A DNA stretch of 43,630 nt, counting the filler, from Jimgerdemannia flammicorona (lineage: Eukaryota), in the NCBI GenBank assembly GCA_003990765.1. It is 2 parts of 2 records of this genome, joined end to end, with 100 filler letters (N's around TTAATTAATTAA, not from the genome) between each part and the next. Parts side by side here need not be neighbours in the genome. Positions count along the whole stretch, not along the records: positions 1 to 21,767 come from RBNJ01001398.1; 1 more part is not named here. One strand, 5' to 3'. The notes beneath the pieces were generated by a model. It ran no database searches and was not told the DNA's origin. It saw nothing but the letters and a program-made list of their open reading frames with translations. Below are positions 1-11,079 of the stretch, piece after piece (position 1 is the stretch's first letter; every line of letters begins with the position of its first letter). The position numbers were made by a program, and so were the translations under genes.

Positions 1-120
1 GTCACTTGGACTCCCGCTTTATTACCAACCAGTCTATGATATACTAATACAGAATAACCCTTTACCCGATCCCACTCTCTCCAAAAGGCCACCACCCCTC
101 TCATCTTCTTTTCCTAACAA
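1..120 (-). mobile_element. 3' end fragment of the L1/Tx1-like LINE family seen full length at 33144-39068
   Basis: Reverse complement ends ...AATAAAGCGGGAGTCCAAGTGAC, matching the 3' terminus of the full-length LINE (GAAGTCCAAGTGACTATA-polyA). Inner boundary approximate. Confidence 0.65.
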
Positions 121-1558
121 AGCTTCACAAACAAAGATATTAATCAAAGCTATGCAAATAATACTATGGTATATAAAATTATACTAAATAAAGTTATATA
201 AGACTACAGGAGCTGTCATATAATGAATGTTGAGGCTGAAGTAATTATAATTTCTAAACTCTTAGTATTTGCTTTTTTTTTTTTTTTTTTTTTTTTTTTA
301 GTCAAATTTAGCTATAATACAGAATAATAGATATATTTAATTATAGATTTTATTAATTTAATATTATATTAATATATTATTTTAAAAATAAGATAATAGT
401 TTTTTTTTATAATAAAGTATTTATCTTATTTATATTAAAGATAAGTCTTTCTTTAGTTTTTAATTTTATAATTATAGTTAAAATTTTATTTATATTATAA
501 ATATAATAAAAAATTACACCTCAATATTATAATGATGATATCACCAAGTGTGACAATATTGAATTTATATTACCAGTAAGATTATATACTAGAAAACTCA
601 ATAATATTAATAAGATCATAGTGATTTTATACTAATTTTAGCTCATAATATTCTAGTTTTTATACTAGTTTAGTATATAATCTTACTGATATATATTACT
701 ATTGTTATATCTTAAAAATAGATTAATAGTACTAATGATATTATAGACTAAAATAGTCTACTTTATAAATAAATATAAGAATGATAATTAGCTCAAAAAA
801 ATAATCAAATAAAGTCTAACTTAAGAACTAACTTCTAAAACAAACTAAACATAAACAAAATTATATCCTCTCTTTCTAAATATATATATTATATATTCTA
901 AAATATTGTTTTTAATCATCAATACTAGTTTATTTAAAAATATATTAATTTAGATATATAATCTTAAGTAATATCTATATATATATAAGCTACTGATAAA
1001 ATTATATCTAGAATATAATAGATTACTAAATATTTCATAATATTAAAAAACTACTAAGTAGATAGACTTATTGTTAGAAGTAGTATGAATACTTTAAAAA
1101 ATTTGAACAAATATAAATCTCTATCTTTAGATAGTATATTCTATTTTATATCTGCTAATTATTCAGAAAAATATTCTTTACTATAAGTAGTATATAAGAT
1201 ATTACTCTTATTGAAATTAATAATCTCAATAATATTTATATATATTATTTAAATAGAGTTAGATCTTATAAATGATTTTAATCTCTAAGACTGTTATAAT
1301 GATAATACTTAGTCTTATAAAAATGAGATATTCAACTTATCATTAGTCTCTTCTAAGAATTAATTATATAAGTTATAATCTCTATTAATACTTAGCTATT
1401 TGGTTTTCTATCTTTATAATATATATTAGACTAGTTTTTAATTAACTATCTATATTATCTAAGACTACATATAAGATCAGAAGTTAGCTCAGATGAGTTA
1501 ATCTATTTCTTATCTAGTATAGAGATAGATAGAAGATCTCTAACCTTATATATGTAGA

Positions 1559-1560
<2 letters not shown>

Positions 1561-1595
<35 letters not shown>

Positions 1596-2100
1596 GTTAC
1601 TTAAACTCTCTTATTTATTACTAAACTAATTTATACTTATACAATATAATAATAAGATCTGACCCCCTACCCAATTCTCTTATAAGGCTCACCTCTAATC
1701 TTTTTTCTATAGAATTCAATTACCTCTCCAATTGTCTAAATTCTTCCTCTACTCTTTGTATAGATTTACTCTGCTAGCTCTTAGTATAGATCTCTTCTGG
1801 AGCTCTATTCAGTCTATCACTCATTCAATAATTCTATTAACAACTACTCCTATCTTACTATCTTTATTATTAGTAGTAGCCTCTAGCTATTCTTAAAGAT
1901 AAACAGTCAATATTCAGAAAGACTAACTCTATAATAGTATATCTTTATTATTATAGTAATTATATCCTTTAAGTTAAATTCTTATTATTAATAACTTAAA
2001 GATACTTATGTCAGATATCTTTAGCTTAAGGAAGTAGCTATCTTGATATCTAAATACTATCTGTTATACTTCTAATTGATCTAGTCTCCTTCTAGTAAAC
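1561..2100 (-). mobile_element. Degraded 5'-truncated LINE copy with poly(A) tail (poly-T on +)
   Basis: Poly-T from 1561 followed by ATAGTTACTTAAAC, the reverse complement of a transition-decayed GTCCAAGTGACTAT(A)n family 3' end. Right boundary approximate. Confidence 0.65.
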
Positions 2101-3637
2101 TTAGATAATAATTTAATAATTATAAACTTTAATTCTTTAAAGTCTAAGTCCTTTAGTATATCTTTTTTAAATATAGTTTAGTTCGAGAATTATATTTAAA
2201 TTCTTCAGAGTTCAAGTATTTATAGAGTTCAGGATATCTAATTTTAAATATAGTCTTTTAATTTAGATTATTTAAAAACTTATTTATATATTATAGACTT
2301 AAGTCTTAATTATTCTCTTTTTTCAAATTGAATATTCTATCCTTTATTGAGTTACTTCTCTGAGAGTATTTATACATTTTAAAGATTTTTAGATATTAAC
2401 TAATTATTAGCTAAAAAATATAAAACAGAAGGCTACTAGAAATAATATAAAAGTTACACTATAATGATATCATTACTAAGTCATAATAATGCTATTTTAT
2501 AATATTATTTTTATATATTAACTATGAGGTAATTATTCTAGATTTCAACTAAAAGTTTGTAATATAATATAATATATCATATAATAGTAATGAACTTTTA
2601 TGAAAAAAGTTGACTATCTTTATACTAGATGAGAAATAAGTTAGCTCTTCTAAGCTAGCTTCTGATCTCATGATCTCAGATAATATAAAAGACCAGTCAG
2701 AGGCTAGTCTAATATTAGAAGAGACAAGGTAGCCAGGGAGCCAGATGCTGATAAAACTAGTAATTTATATAATTGGTCTTTAGAGAAGACTAATAATAGA
2801 GTTAAAGATCTCATTCTCATAAGGTCAAATATTATCATTTTGATAATATTGTAGATTGAAGTTATTTATAAGATCTAACTCTATTTATATATTATATATA
2901 TTATTGAGACTACTAATTTCAATAGAAGCAATATCTTATATATATACCACTAATAGTAAAGAGTATTCTTCTGAATAGTTGGTAGATATAGAGTAAAATA
3001 TACTGTCTAAATATAGAGATATTATATTCATCCAAGATTTCTGCAGTATTTATACTACTTCTGACAATAAGTCTACCTGTTTAATAGTTTCTTAATATTA
3101 TAAAGTATCTGGTAATCTATTATATTCTAGATACAACTTCATCAGTAGTATATACATAAATACTATTCAAAGTTATATATATCTAAGTCAATATTTTTTC
3201 AGATAAACTAGTATTGATGGTCAAAAATGGTATTCTAGAGATATGTTCAGAGAGAGAAAGTATATCTATAAGTTTATATAGTTATTGTTTAGTTAATTAT
3301 TTTCTAGAGCTAATTACTAATCTTTTATTTATTTATCAAACAAACCATTTTAGTTTATGGTAATCATGATTTTATTACTTATTATAGTCTAATTTAGCTT
3401 ATAATATTACTGATCTTAAAGATCTTACTAGCTTATAATATTAAAAAACTAATAATATTAGTAGCTAATTTCAATATATTCTAATTCCTATAATATCATA
3501 GACTATTTTAGCTTATGATATCAATGGAGTTATAGACTAATTTAGTCTTATATTATTTTTAGCATTCTTAGTCTATTTTTGAGATATATCTATAGTGATA
3601 TTAGTAAATTTATATACTAAACTAGTATAAAGGCTAG

Positions 3638-4232
3638 TAGTGCTCCAAATGAGTCAATTTAATCTAGATTAGATTTAGATTGGATTCAGATTGAATTTCA
3701 TCTGGATCAACTTGGATGGAAAATGAGCTAATCCAGATTGATTTCTAAATTAGATAATTAAATGATTATATGTATCAATAACTTAATGAATAATTATTCA
3801 ATTTTAATAATCTTGATGTTATTTGAAAGCCTTTAATAAGGTCTTTCTAATGATATCAATAATATTAAAATAGGATCATATATTGCTGAGTTATCAAGAA
3901 AAACATCCAACTCACTAATTTTGGAAATTATTCAACTTACTGATTTTGGAAATTTCTTCAAAAGAATGTTTTTCTTAATAGCTTAGCAATATGTAATCTG
4001 ATTTCAATGTTCTTGATATCATTAGAAAGGCCTTATTAGGAGCTTTCAAATGACACCAAGATCATCAAAATTAGATAATTATTCATTGAGTTATTGATAT
4101 AATCATTTAATTGTCTAATTTGGAAATCAAAATAATAATTAATTCAAATCAATCTAGATCAGCTTGTTTTCCCATCTAAGTTGATCTAGATGAGATTCAA
4201 ATCTGATTCAGATTAGCTCATTCAGAGCACTA
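3638..4232. mobile_element. Non-autonomous foldback/TIR element (hAT-like MITE family with TAGTGCTC termini)
   Basis: Termini TAGTGCTCCAAATGAG / CTCATTCAGAGCACTA. Arms ~3740-3908 and ~3964-4129 are near-perfect inverted copies differing mostly by transitions. Confidence 0.75.
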
Positions 4233-4419
4233 GAGACTGTGTGATTACTATAATAATATTAACTGAAGAGAGTAGAAATTAGTATAAAATTTGAGTTTTT
4301 TAGTATATAACCTTACTGATAATATAAATCCAATAATGTTAGCTTGATAATATTATTCTTTATGATATTGGAATGTAATTTCATTACAGACCCACGCTAT
4401 AGGGACTCAATCTACAGAG

Positions 4420-7400
4420 AGTTACTCATTACTAACTCTCTTTATCAGTTATGACTAGAGAGTACTCTACTACTCACTATCTACTCTATCAGATAGTTAC
4501 ATATCTAACCAATGTTGAGATCTGTATCATTCTTCTCTCCTATCTAATATTGAAGTACTTCTTACATTCAAACAATCTCCTTTTTATCAAATATCTTAAC
4601 TTAATTTGGCATCATATTCTATTATAAGAGTTACTACTACACTAGGTGAGAGCCATCTCAATACTTCCTCTCTCCATGACCAGATACTTACCTAGTTCTA
4701 AGCCACAGGTCTCTACTCTATTCTTGCTGATACTTTATACTATTTTTCAGCTAAAAGTCAACTACTAGAGAACTCCTTAATAGAAGATGATTCTATCTCT
4801 ATATATTTAGTCTCCAGACTATCTCTCTCTTATAACTATATCAGCAGATCTCAATCTATTTACCACTCTTCACCAGAGGCCCTTATATTATATTTAATAA
4901 TTACTATCTAGTATTACTAAGAATAATAAATTACCAGAGATTTTTCTGGAGAAAATCATATCTCCCAGACCTTTTGTATAAGAAGTACCTAGCTCTAGCC
5001 CCTCAGCTCACTAGTCTATTTTAACAATCATACTCTCAAACAATACAGATACTTCATAAAGTCAATAAGACCAAGTTCTCTCTGATCTACTAGTAGTATC
5101 AATATATTTCAGCCTATCTAACTCTACTATCTAGTTCAAATTCAAGATCTGGTTAACTTTAGAAGTCTTCTTATCACTTATACTAAGAAGTCTAAATAAT
5201 ATTCCAAATACTATAGCTTAGACAACTAGTATAAATTCAGTACTATAACTCTCTCTATTAATGAGATACTACAGCCACCTTAGTTCAGAAGAACATTCTT
5301 CTGCTCTGCTAGCTTCTGCTCCCACTATACTTTAGGTAATAATGAGTCATATACTAAAAAGTAAATTTTCAGATATCAGACTATCTTCTTTGCTAAGACA
5401 ATTATTCTAATTATATTCTTTTCTATTACTTCACTACTAAGTACCAATGTCTCATATTTATACTAGTTGAGTTTGGCCCTAGAGTATCCCTCATACTACT
5501 CTACTACTCTCTTCAATATAGCTATATTCTCTACAGAGTCTAGCCTGATCACTATATCATCTACAAAGACTCTCATCTTCCAATTTACCCCCATTATTGT
5601 CAACTCTCTCACTCTGTATCTTATCTAGTCTAGTAAGAATTTTAAAGAGAGAATATAGAGAATAAGTAACAGTGGATCACTCTGTAACACTCCTTTATCT
5701 AAAGAGAAAGATACTCTTCTATAGTTATTAACTAAGATAGCTACTCTGCTTCTCTTCAAAGACTAATCAAAAAATACCAAAAGTCTGGAGAGATGCTGAT
5801 ATATTTCAGTACTCTATCTAATTACACCTTTTGTATCTAGTTATATATCTTCTCTTAATCAAGAAAAACTAGCTATTCATCTACCCCTATCACTCTGGTC
5901 TCTTTGATAATACTATAGACTCAGGCAGTCCTATTCTGAATCAAATGACCTCTAATAAAACTCTGCTGCTTCTCACTTAGTACTCTTTAAGCTATATCTT
6001 GTAGCTATACTATAATAATCTTTATAATCAGCTTTTGATCTATGTCCAGTAGTATGATTAATTGTCAGTTCTTCTACTTCTTTCTTCTTTCTTTATTCTT
6101 AAATAGTAGAGCTATCAGTCTCAGACATTGGTTCTCTAGCCATACTTCAGAACTAATAATCTTGTTATACATTAGTTATAGTTTCTCTAAAACTACTTCT
6201 ACCTCTACTATTCACTTCTAGAAGTCCTAGAGTAGTCTATTCTCTTTGAGAGTCATTCTGAGATTAGCCTCTGAAAATCTCCTCTCTCTGAACTAGGTTC
6301 CCCAACTCTGCCAGCTCCTCTGCTAAGACTGAGTTAGTGCTCAGAATAAATTAAATTGAAGTCTAATTCAATTTGAAATCTAATTTGAACCTAATTTTTC
6401 AAAATTCAATAACTCAATCAAAATATATTTAAATTTAATAAATTTTTAGCTTATTTAATATATCTTATAATAAAGAATCTAGTACAATAAAGAATATTAA
6501 ATTTGGATATATTTCTATTAAGTAATTATATTTTGAGTTTGGAATAAATATTTCAAATTAAATCAGATCCTAAATTAATTTAATTCAAATTCAAAAATTC
6601 TCAATTTGTTCAATTTAAATAACTCTTAATTTAATTTGATTCAAATTGATTCATTTTATTTGGAAGCACTAAACTGAGTACCAGTTCTCCAGATAGTACT
6701 CAATTGTCTACACATTCTCATCTCTCTTCTCCTTACTCTATAGTAAACTCTACCTCTCACTCAGCTGAACTAAGATATTCTGAGTTCTTACCACCAACTT
6801 CTCCTCTTTATTTAATACTCTATCTTAGTACTAATGCATCCTTCTCACTCAAAGAAGCCTTAACAGAAACCTTATCAGTCTCTCTTCTTTCTCTAGGCCC
6901 TATCACTATAGTCTGGCTATCATACTCTATACTTATATACTCTCCTCTATCTGTAATATATATTATAACTTCTCCACCTTTTATCAGATATATCAAACCC
7001 TCCAATTCTCTACTCTCTCAGCCTTTAGCAGACTAATCTATCTCTTCAAGAGCCTTTTCAATCTATATAATATCTACTGCACCCTCTCTTTTCTCTAGGT
7101 ACACCTTATTCTCCCTACCTTTCTTTAGAGATACTACGTATCAGACTTTAGTCTTTACTATTAATTACTAATAGAAATACCCCCCTCTCTCTAAGTAAGC
7201 ATCTTTAGTATAATATCTTCTACTCAAATATCTTATAATAAAGACTCTTTTAATAATATAGAATTCAGATATCAATATTTGTACCCCTCTCTATATTCTC
7301 CAAACCTCTCTCACTCTATAAGACCCCAATAATCTGACCAGAGGTACTATTCAGCTTCTAATAATTTCTAGACATTATCTCTCCAGTACTTAGCAGTTAG

Positions 7401-7689
7401 GACTCAATTAATCCTTAAGCCAAGTCCACCTATCTAATATATGAATACCCAGTATTTACCCTAGCTCTATCTGTCTATACATATCTATAAGAGAGTTAAG
7501 TTATTTAATTTTCTCTCAGCTATTCAGACCACTGCTCCTCTCAGACAGCTCTCTTTTACTATTCATCATATTTATCCTTCTATCTCAGATCATATTGAAG
7601 TTCTCTTTTAGATAGTTGACCCCTACTACAATCAGCTCATCTGACTCTCACAGTCTAGTAATCTAATTTATATAAGTTCTTCTCTCTAT
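4420..7689 (-). pseudogene. Heavily mutated LINE ORF2 (RT) relic, related to 33144-39068
   Basis: Reverse complement near 5640-5700 aligns with the GVPQGDPLSPILY-coding region; near 5430-5500 with the GARLNWHKCE region; near 5050-5140 with the GGLGLVDF region of the intact LINE. Boundaries approximate. Confidence 0.7.
6335..6671. mobile_element. hAT-like MITE inserted in the LINE relic
   Basis: Imperfect TIRs TAGTGCTCAGAATAAA / TTTATTTGGAAGCACTA; 8-bp TSD GACTGAGT (6327-6334) / AACTGAGT (6672-6679) with one G>A. Confidence 0.75.
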
Positions 7690-7985
7690 TAGTGTTCTAA
7701 AATGAATTGAATCAATTTGAATTAAATCAAATTGGAGTTGATTCAAATTGAATTAAATTGGATATTTTTGTTATTTGAATTGAATTCAAATCAAATTAAA
7801 TTTAAATTAAATTGAGAGTCTAATTTAAATTAGTTAAATCAAATTAAATATTAATTCAATAGTTCTTTATTTAAAAGATATATAGGTCACTTGAAATTCA
7901 TATATAAATATATAATTGAAATTTACACCTAATCAAAATTCATATATAACTAATATATATTTTTAAAATTTTCATATATATACAT
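7690..7985. mobile_element. Left end of another TAGTG(C/T)TC-family TIR element, abutting the LTR retrotransposon
   Basis: Starts TAGTGTTCTAAAATGAATTG followed by the same AATTG/AATC subterminal repeats as 3638 and 6335. No matching right end recognised. Confidence 0.5.
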
Positions 7986-8185
7986 TGTCATGTAGTGGTC
8001 GCCGAGTTCTTCAAATACGCCAGATTCTCTTCAAGGTGTATCTCTTAGACTAACTCAAGTTGTTATAAGCAAGTTCTTATTGGAGTGTCTTCCCAAGGTC
8101 TTATAGTTCTCAAACTTCTTATCTTTAACTATCTTGTTATCTCTTAGATTGCTTACAAGAAAGTGTGTAGGTGAACTTGACTGAC

Positions 8186-8218
8186 TTTATTTCAGAGGAA
8201 ATAAGAGAGGTATTTATA
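8186..8218 (-). promoter_or_regulatory. Putative main LTR TATA box (TATAAATA 8211-8218) and poly(A) signal (AATAAA 8186-8191); 5' LTR equivalents at 15447-15454 and 15422-15427
   Basis: Motifs on the element's sense strand ~230 nt before the LTR end, conserved in both LTRs. Function inferred. Confidence 0.55.
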
Positions 8219-8284
8219 CAAAATATAATTCAATGATTGCTAAGATATAAAGCTAAATATGAATTCCAATAACTAAAACTACTA

Positions 8285-8420
8285 AGTTCTAGAGCTGGTA
8301 TTATTTAGTATTATATCAAAATACTGGTGCTGGAACAATTTCGTGTCACCTCAGAATACTGGTGCTGGTATTATTCAGTGTTACATGAGAATACCGGTGC
8401 TGGCATTATCCAGTGTAACA
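8285..8420. repeat. Four degenerate 35-bp-period repeats (core AATAC(C/T)GGTGCTGG) in U3
   Basis: Cores at 8320, 8355, 8390 and a partial at 8294; also present in the other LTR (+7236). Confidence 0.85.
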
Positions 8421-8426
8421 AAGAAC

Positions 8427-9275
8427 TTAGAGCAGAAAGTTCAGGACTATGGGAGCTTCATCATCATCATTACTGAAGGAGATGAGGTCCATGAATTCAT
8501 CATGCAGGTCGTGCGTCTCACGTACTTTGTATGCCTCATTGCGTGGTTCACATGCTTCGGGTATGTTGTGCAGGATGACATCATCGATGATGTCATCACG
8601 TTCAGCTGTAGCGGGGAAATCGGGAACAAGGTCTGGGGCTCTCCAGTCTATGAGGTTCTCTTCTACAAAATAAGGAACAAATGTGGGGTCTTGGGGAGAT
8701 CTAACCCAGATGCTTGGGCCTTGGAATACTGAGATCAATTCTTGCAGAAATTGGTCTGGGTTGTCCTGAAGGATAGGGTGCCAGAAGTCTTCTACTTCTT
8801 CGCTGTTGAGGGTGATGGTGGACTGGGCTTCTGTGACTACCCTGGCTTCTAGTGCATTGATATGGCAGGATGACAGGTCTCTGAAGTCTGAGACTCTAAC
8901 ATACTCCAAGTTGGGGATCAACCATGGTGCATGCCTGAAGATCTGATAGATCTTCTTTGCTGTCCTTGCCTCATGTAGGTCTATGGGAGTGGCATCTTGT
9001 AGCTCTTGAGGGCTGGCCTGTGGGAACTCCTAGCAGAGGAGGTTTCCTATTTCATATTTCTGCCACATTTAGAGGCATTTGGTGGCAATGGTGATCTTTG
9101 TTTCCATTTCGCAGCAGTAGAGAATGAAGTGATAGGGGTCTACAGTACTCAGGTTGACACTAGGAGTCCTTCTTGAGTGGGTCCTCATGGCTCTTCTGAT
9201 GTCTTGGAACATCCTTTCCTCGACCGAGATACCTTGATGATTTCTTGACCTTGAGGTTTGGCAGGCAGCAGGCAT
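8427..9275 (-). pseudogene. LTR-encoded accessory ORF, 282 aa, unknown function (3' LTR copy, 2 premature stops)
   Basis: ORF-track pieces 9069..9275 and 8427..8921 are in one frame. Stops at 9069-9071 (TAA; CAA in the other LTR) and 9030-9032 (TAG; CGG in the other LTR). A-rich start context and TATAAAAG at 9355-9362. Confidence 0.85.
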
Positions 9276-9517
9276 TTTTTTTGTGGTAAGTCTTTGAGCT
9301 ATTTTGGGATTGGTGGTTCTTATTGGTTGCTGCTACTGTGGTTCCTTGATCCTTCTTTTATATTTTTCAGGATGCTTGTACTGTGGTCACAATGACTCAC
9401 AGTTGGTCATCATTGCTTATCTCATATGCTATATGATCTTCTTGTACTCCGATCTGGTGGCTTGTAAAGAAAGGCTGTCTCCTGTGCTGATGTCATCATT
9501 CTGGGGTCACTGTTATA

Positions 9518-9526
9518 TCTTTCTCC
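9518..9526 (-). other. Polypurine tract (GGAGAAAGA) abutting the 3' LTR
   Basis: TCTTTCTCC on + immediately inside the LTR boundary. Confidence 0.7.
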
Positions 9527-9873
9527 TGAATAAAGATCTTCCTGAGCATCCTTATTCATTAGTCCAGTTCTGAAAAATTTGCTGATCCCATAACCTCTGG
9601 CAAGGGGTTGAAAACTGATGTTTATGGGCTAGCATCTTCCCTTTGTATTTTGGTGTGATGGTGAAGGGTTGCTCCCTTCATATAGAGCAAGGGCCTGATT
9701 CTGATCTTGACCAATCAGTTGACAGTTCAAACTCCTCTGACTGCAAAAGTCTTTACGGATGAGTAGTTGCCAGTGCTGTATCCCTTAGAGAATGGTCCAG
9801 ACAGATAGCCTGCTGGTCATGGGACATGCTGTTACAATTCGCAGACTAGAACCTTATGGGTGGTCATCACATT

Positions 9874-11079
9874 TTACTTCTCTTGTATAGGTTCATGGTA
9901 CTTCTTGAGTCTGTTCTTATATACCATGGTAGGAAGTATGGTCCCTGAGATTTTTTTAAGCCAAAAGGTAGTTCTCTTAATATCTTACACATAGAAGAGT
10001 CCTTCCTATTTGGGCTCCAGTTTTCATGACCATGAGGCTTCTACCATATTTCGATACAGTAGAACCTTTTCTCCAATTTGGATATATTCTAGGGCCTTGT
10101 GATTCTTTTCTATATTCTTCCTTGTCAGTGCTTGTGACTTGGTGATGTAATCTTCAGCCTTCTTCCTGATTTGGTGTAGTCTCCGGATTTCTGCATCAAC
10201 CTGTCTCCAAGTTAGATCTAGATTTGTGGCTGAGGTTCCATTAGAATCTTCTTCTCTGAAGAGCAGCTCTCTTGGGGTAAAATGTGTGCTCTGTGATCGT
10301 ATATCTCGTAGAACAGAGAGGGCAGTTGGGAGATAGTTATCCCAATTCTCATATGTCTCTGAGATCTTTGCTAGGATGTTCTTGAGGGTCTTGTTGGTTC
10401 TCTCTATCTGTCCATTTCCTTGAGGGTGATATGCAGTGATCTTGATGTGCTGGATCTTGTATTTCTAGTACATTATCTCATAGAATCCATTGACAAATTC
10501 TGTGCTGCAGTCTGATGTGATTTGCTTTGGTGTCTTATAGCGGTAGATGATTTCTCGGTGTAGGAAATCAGCTATAGAGAGGGCATTGGCTTCTTGTAAT
10601 ACTCCTGCCTCTATCTATTTGGTGAAGAGGTCTACAATAACTATAATATAGCAGTTTCCTGATAGTGTTACTGGTAGTGGTCCAATGATATCCATTGTGA
10701 TGTGGTGGAAGGGGATAGGTTCAATTCTTGATAATCTGGGTGCCTGGTCTTACTGATCTTGTTTCTGTTTTTGGCACTTGTCACACCCTTTGACAAATTG
10801 GTGCAGGTCTTCTTCCATCTTGGGCCACCACATGGTTCTTTTTGCCTTGTCGTATATGTTGGTTCCTCCTAAGTGTCCTTGCTCATATACTTCCTTCATT
10901 ACTTGATACTTCTTGTGTTCAGGTATTACTAGCTTTCCTCCTTTTCTGAGTGTAGTGTTGTCTAATTCAAACTGTTTTCAAGTTCAGTTGATGATGGTGA
11001 TTGTCCAGAGTTTGAGATGGTTGGGCATCTTCTGCTGCCTAAGGTAGCTGATTAATCCATAGTATAGCTCCTTATTCAT
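9874..11079 (-). pseudogene. Integrase, separate 401-codon ORF with internal stops
   Basis: Begins MNKELYYGLISYL; degenerate HHCC (EQGHLG...CDKCQ), core MDIIGPL and YHPQGNGQIERTN, GPF-like KLEPK*EGLF; ends TAA at 9874. No chromodomain recognised. Confidence 0.88.

Larger units (their letters stand above)
7986..9517 (-). repeat. 3' LTR (1532 bp)
   Basis: TGTCATGTAGTGGTCGCCGAG...GGGGTCACTGTTATA; colinear with 15222-16753, no indel seen. Confidence 0.96.

Noticed and set aside
6704..7036. ORF-track ORFs 6704..7036 and 6820..7005 as genes
   Set aside because: They fall within the decayed minus-strand LINE relic and have low-complexity CT/AG composition.
8343..8732. Antisense hydrophobic ORFs in the LTRs and Pol (8343..8732, 9304..9573, 12401..12799, 13019..13504, 14033..14533, 15621..15968) as env-like membrane proteins
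   Set aside because: They are shadows of A-rich sense coding or promoter sequence, mostly with non-ATG starts; no signal peptide, cleavage site or TM organisation was recognised.
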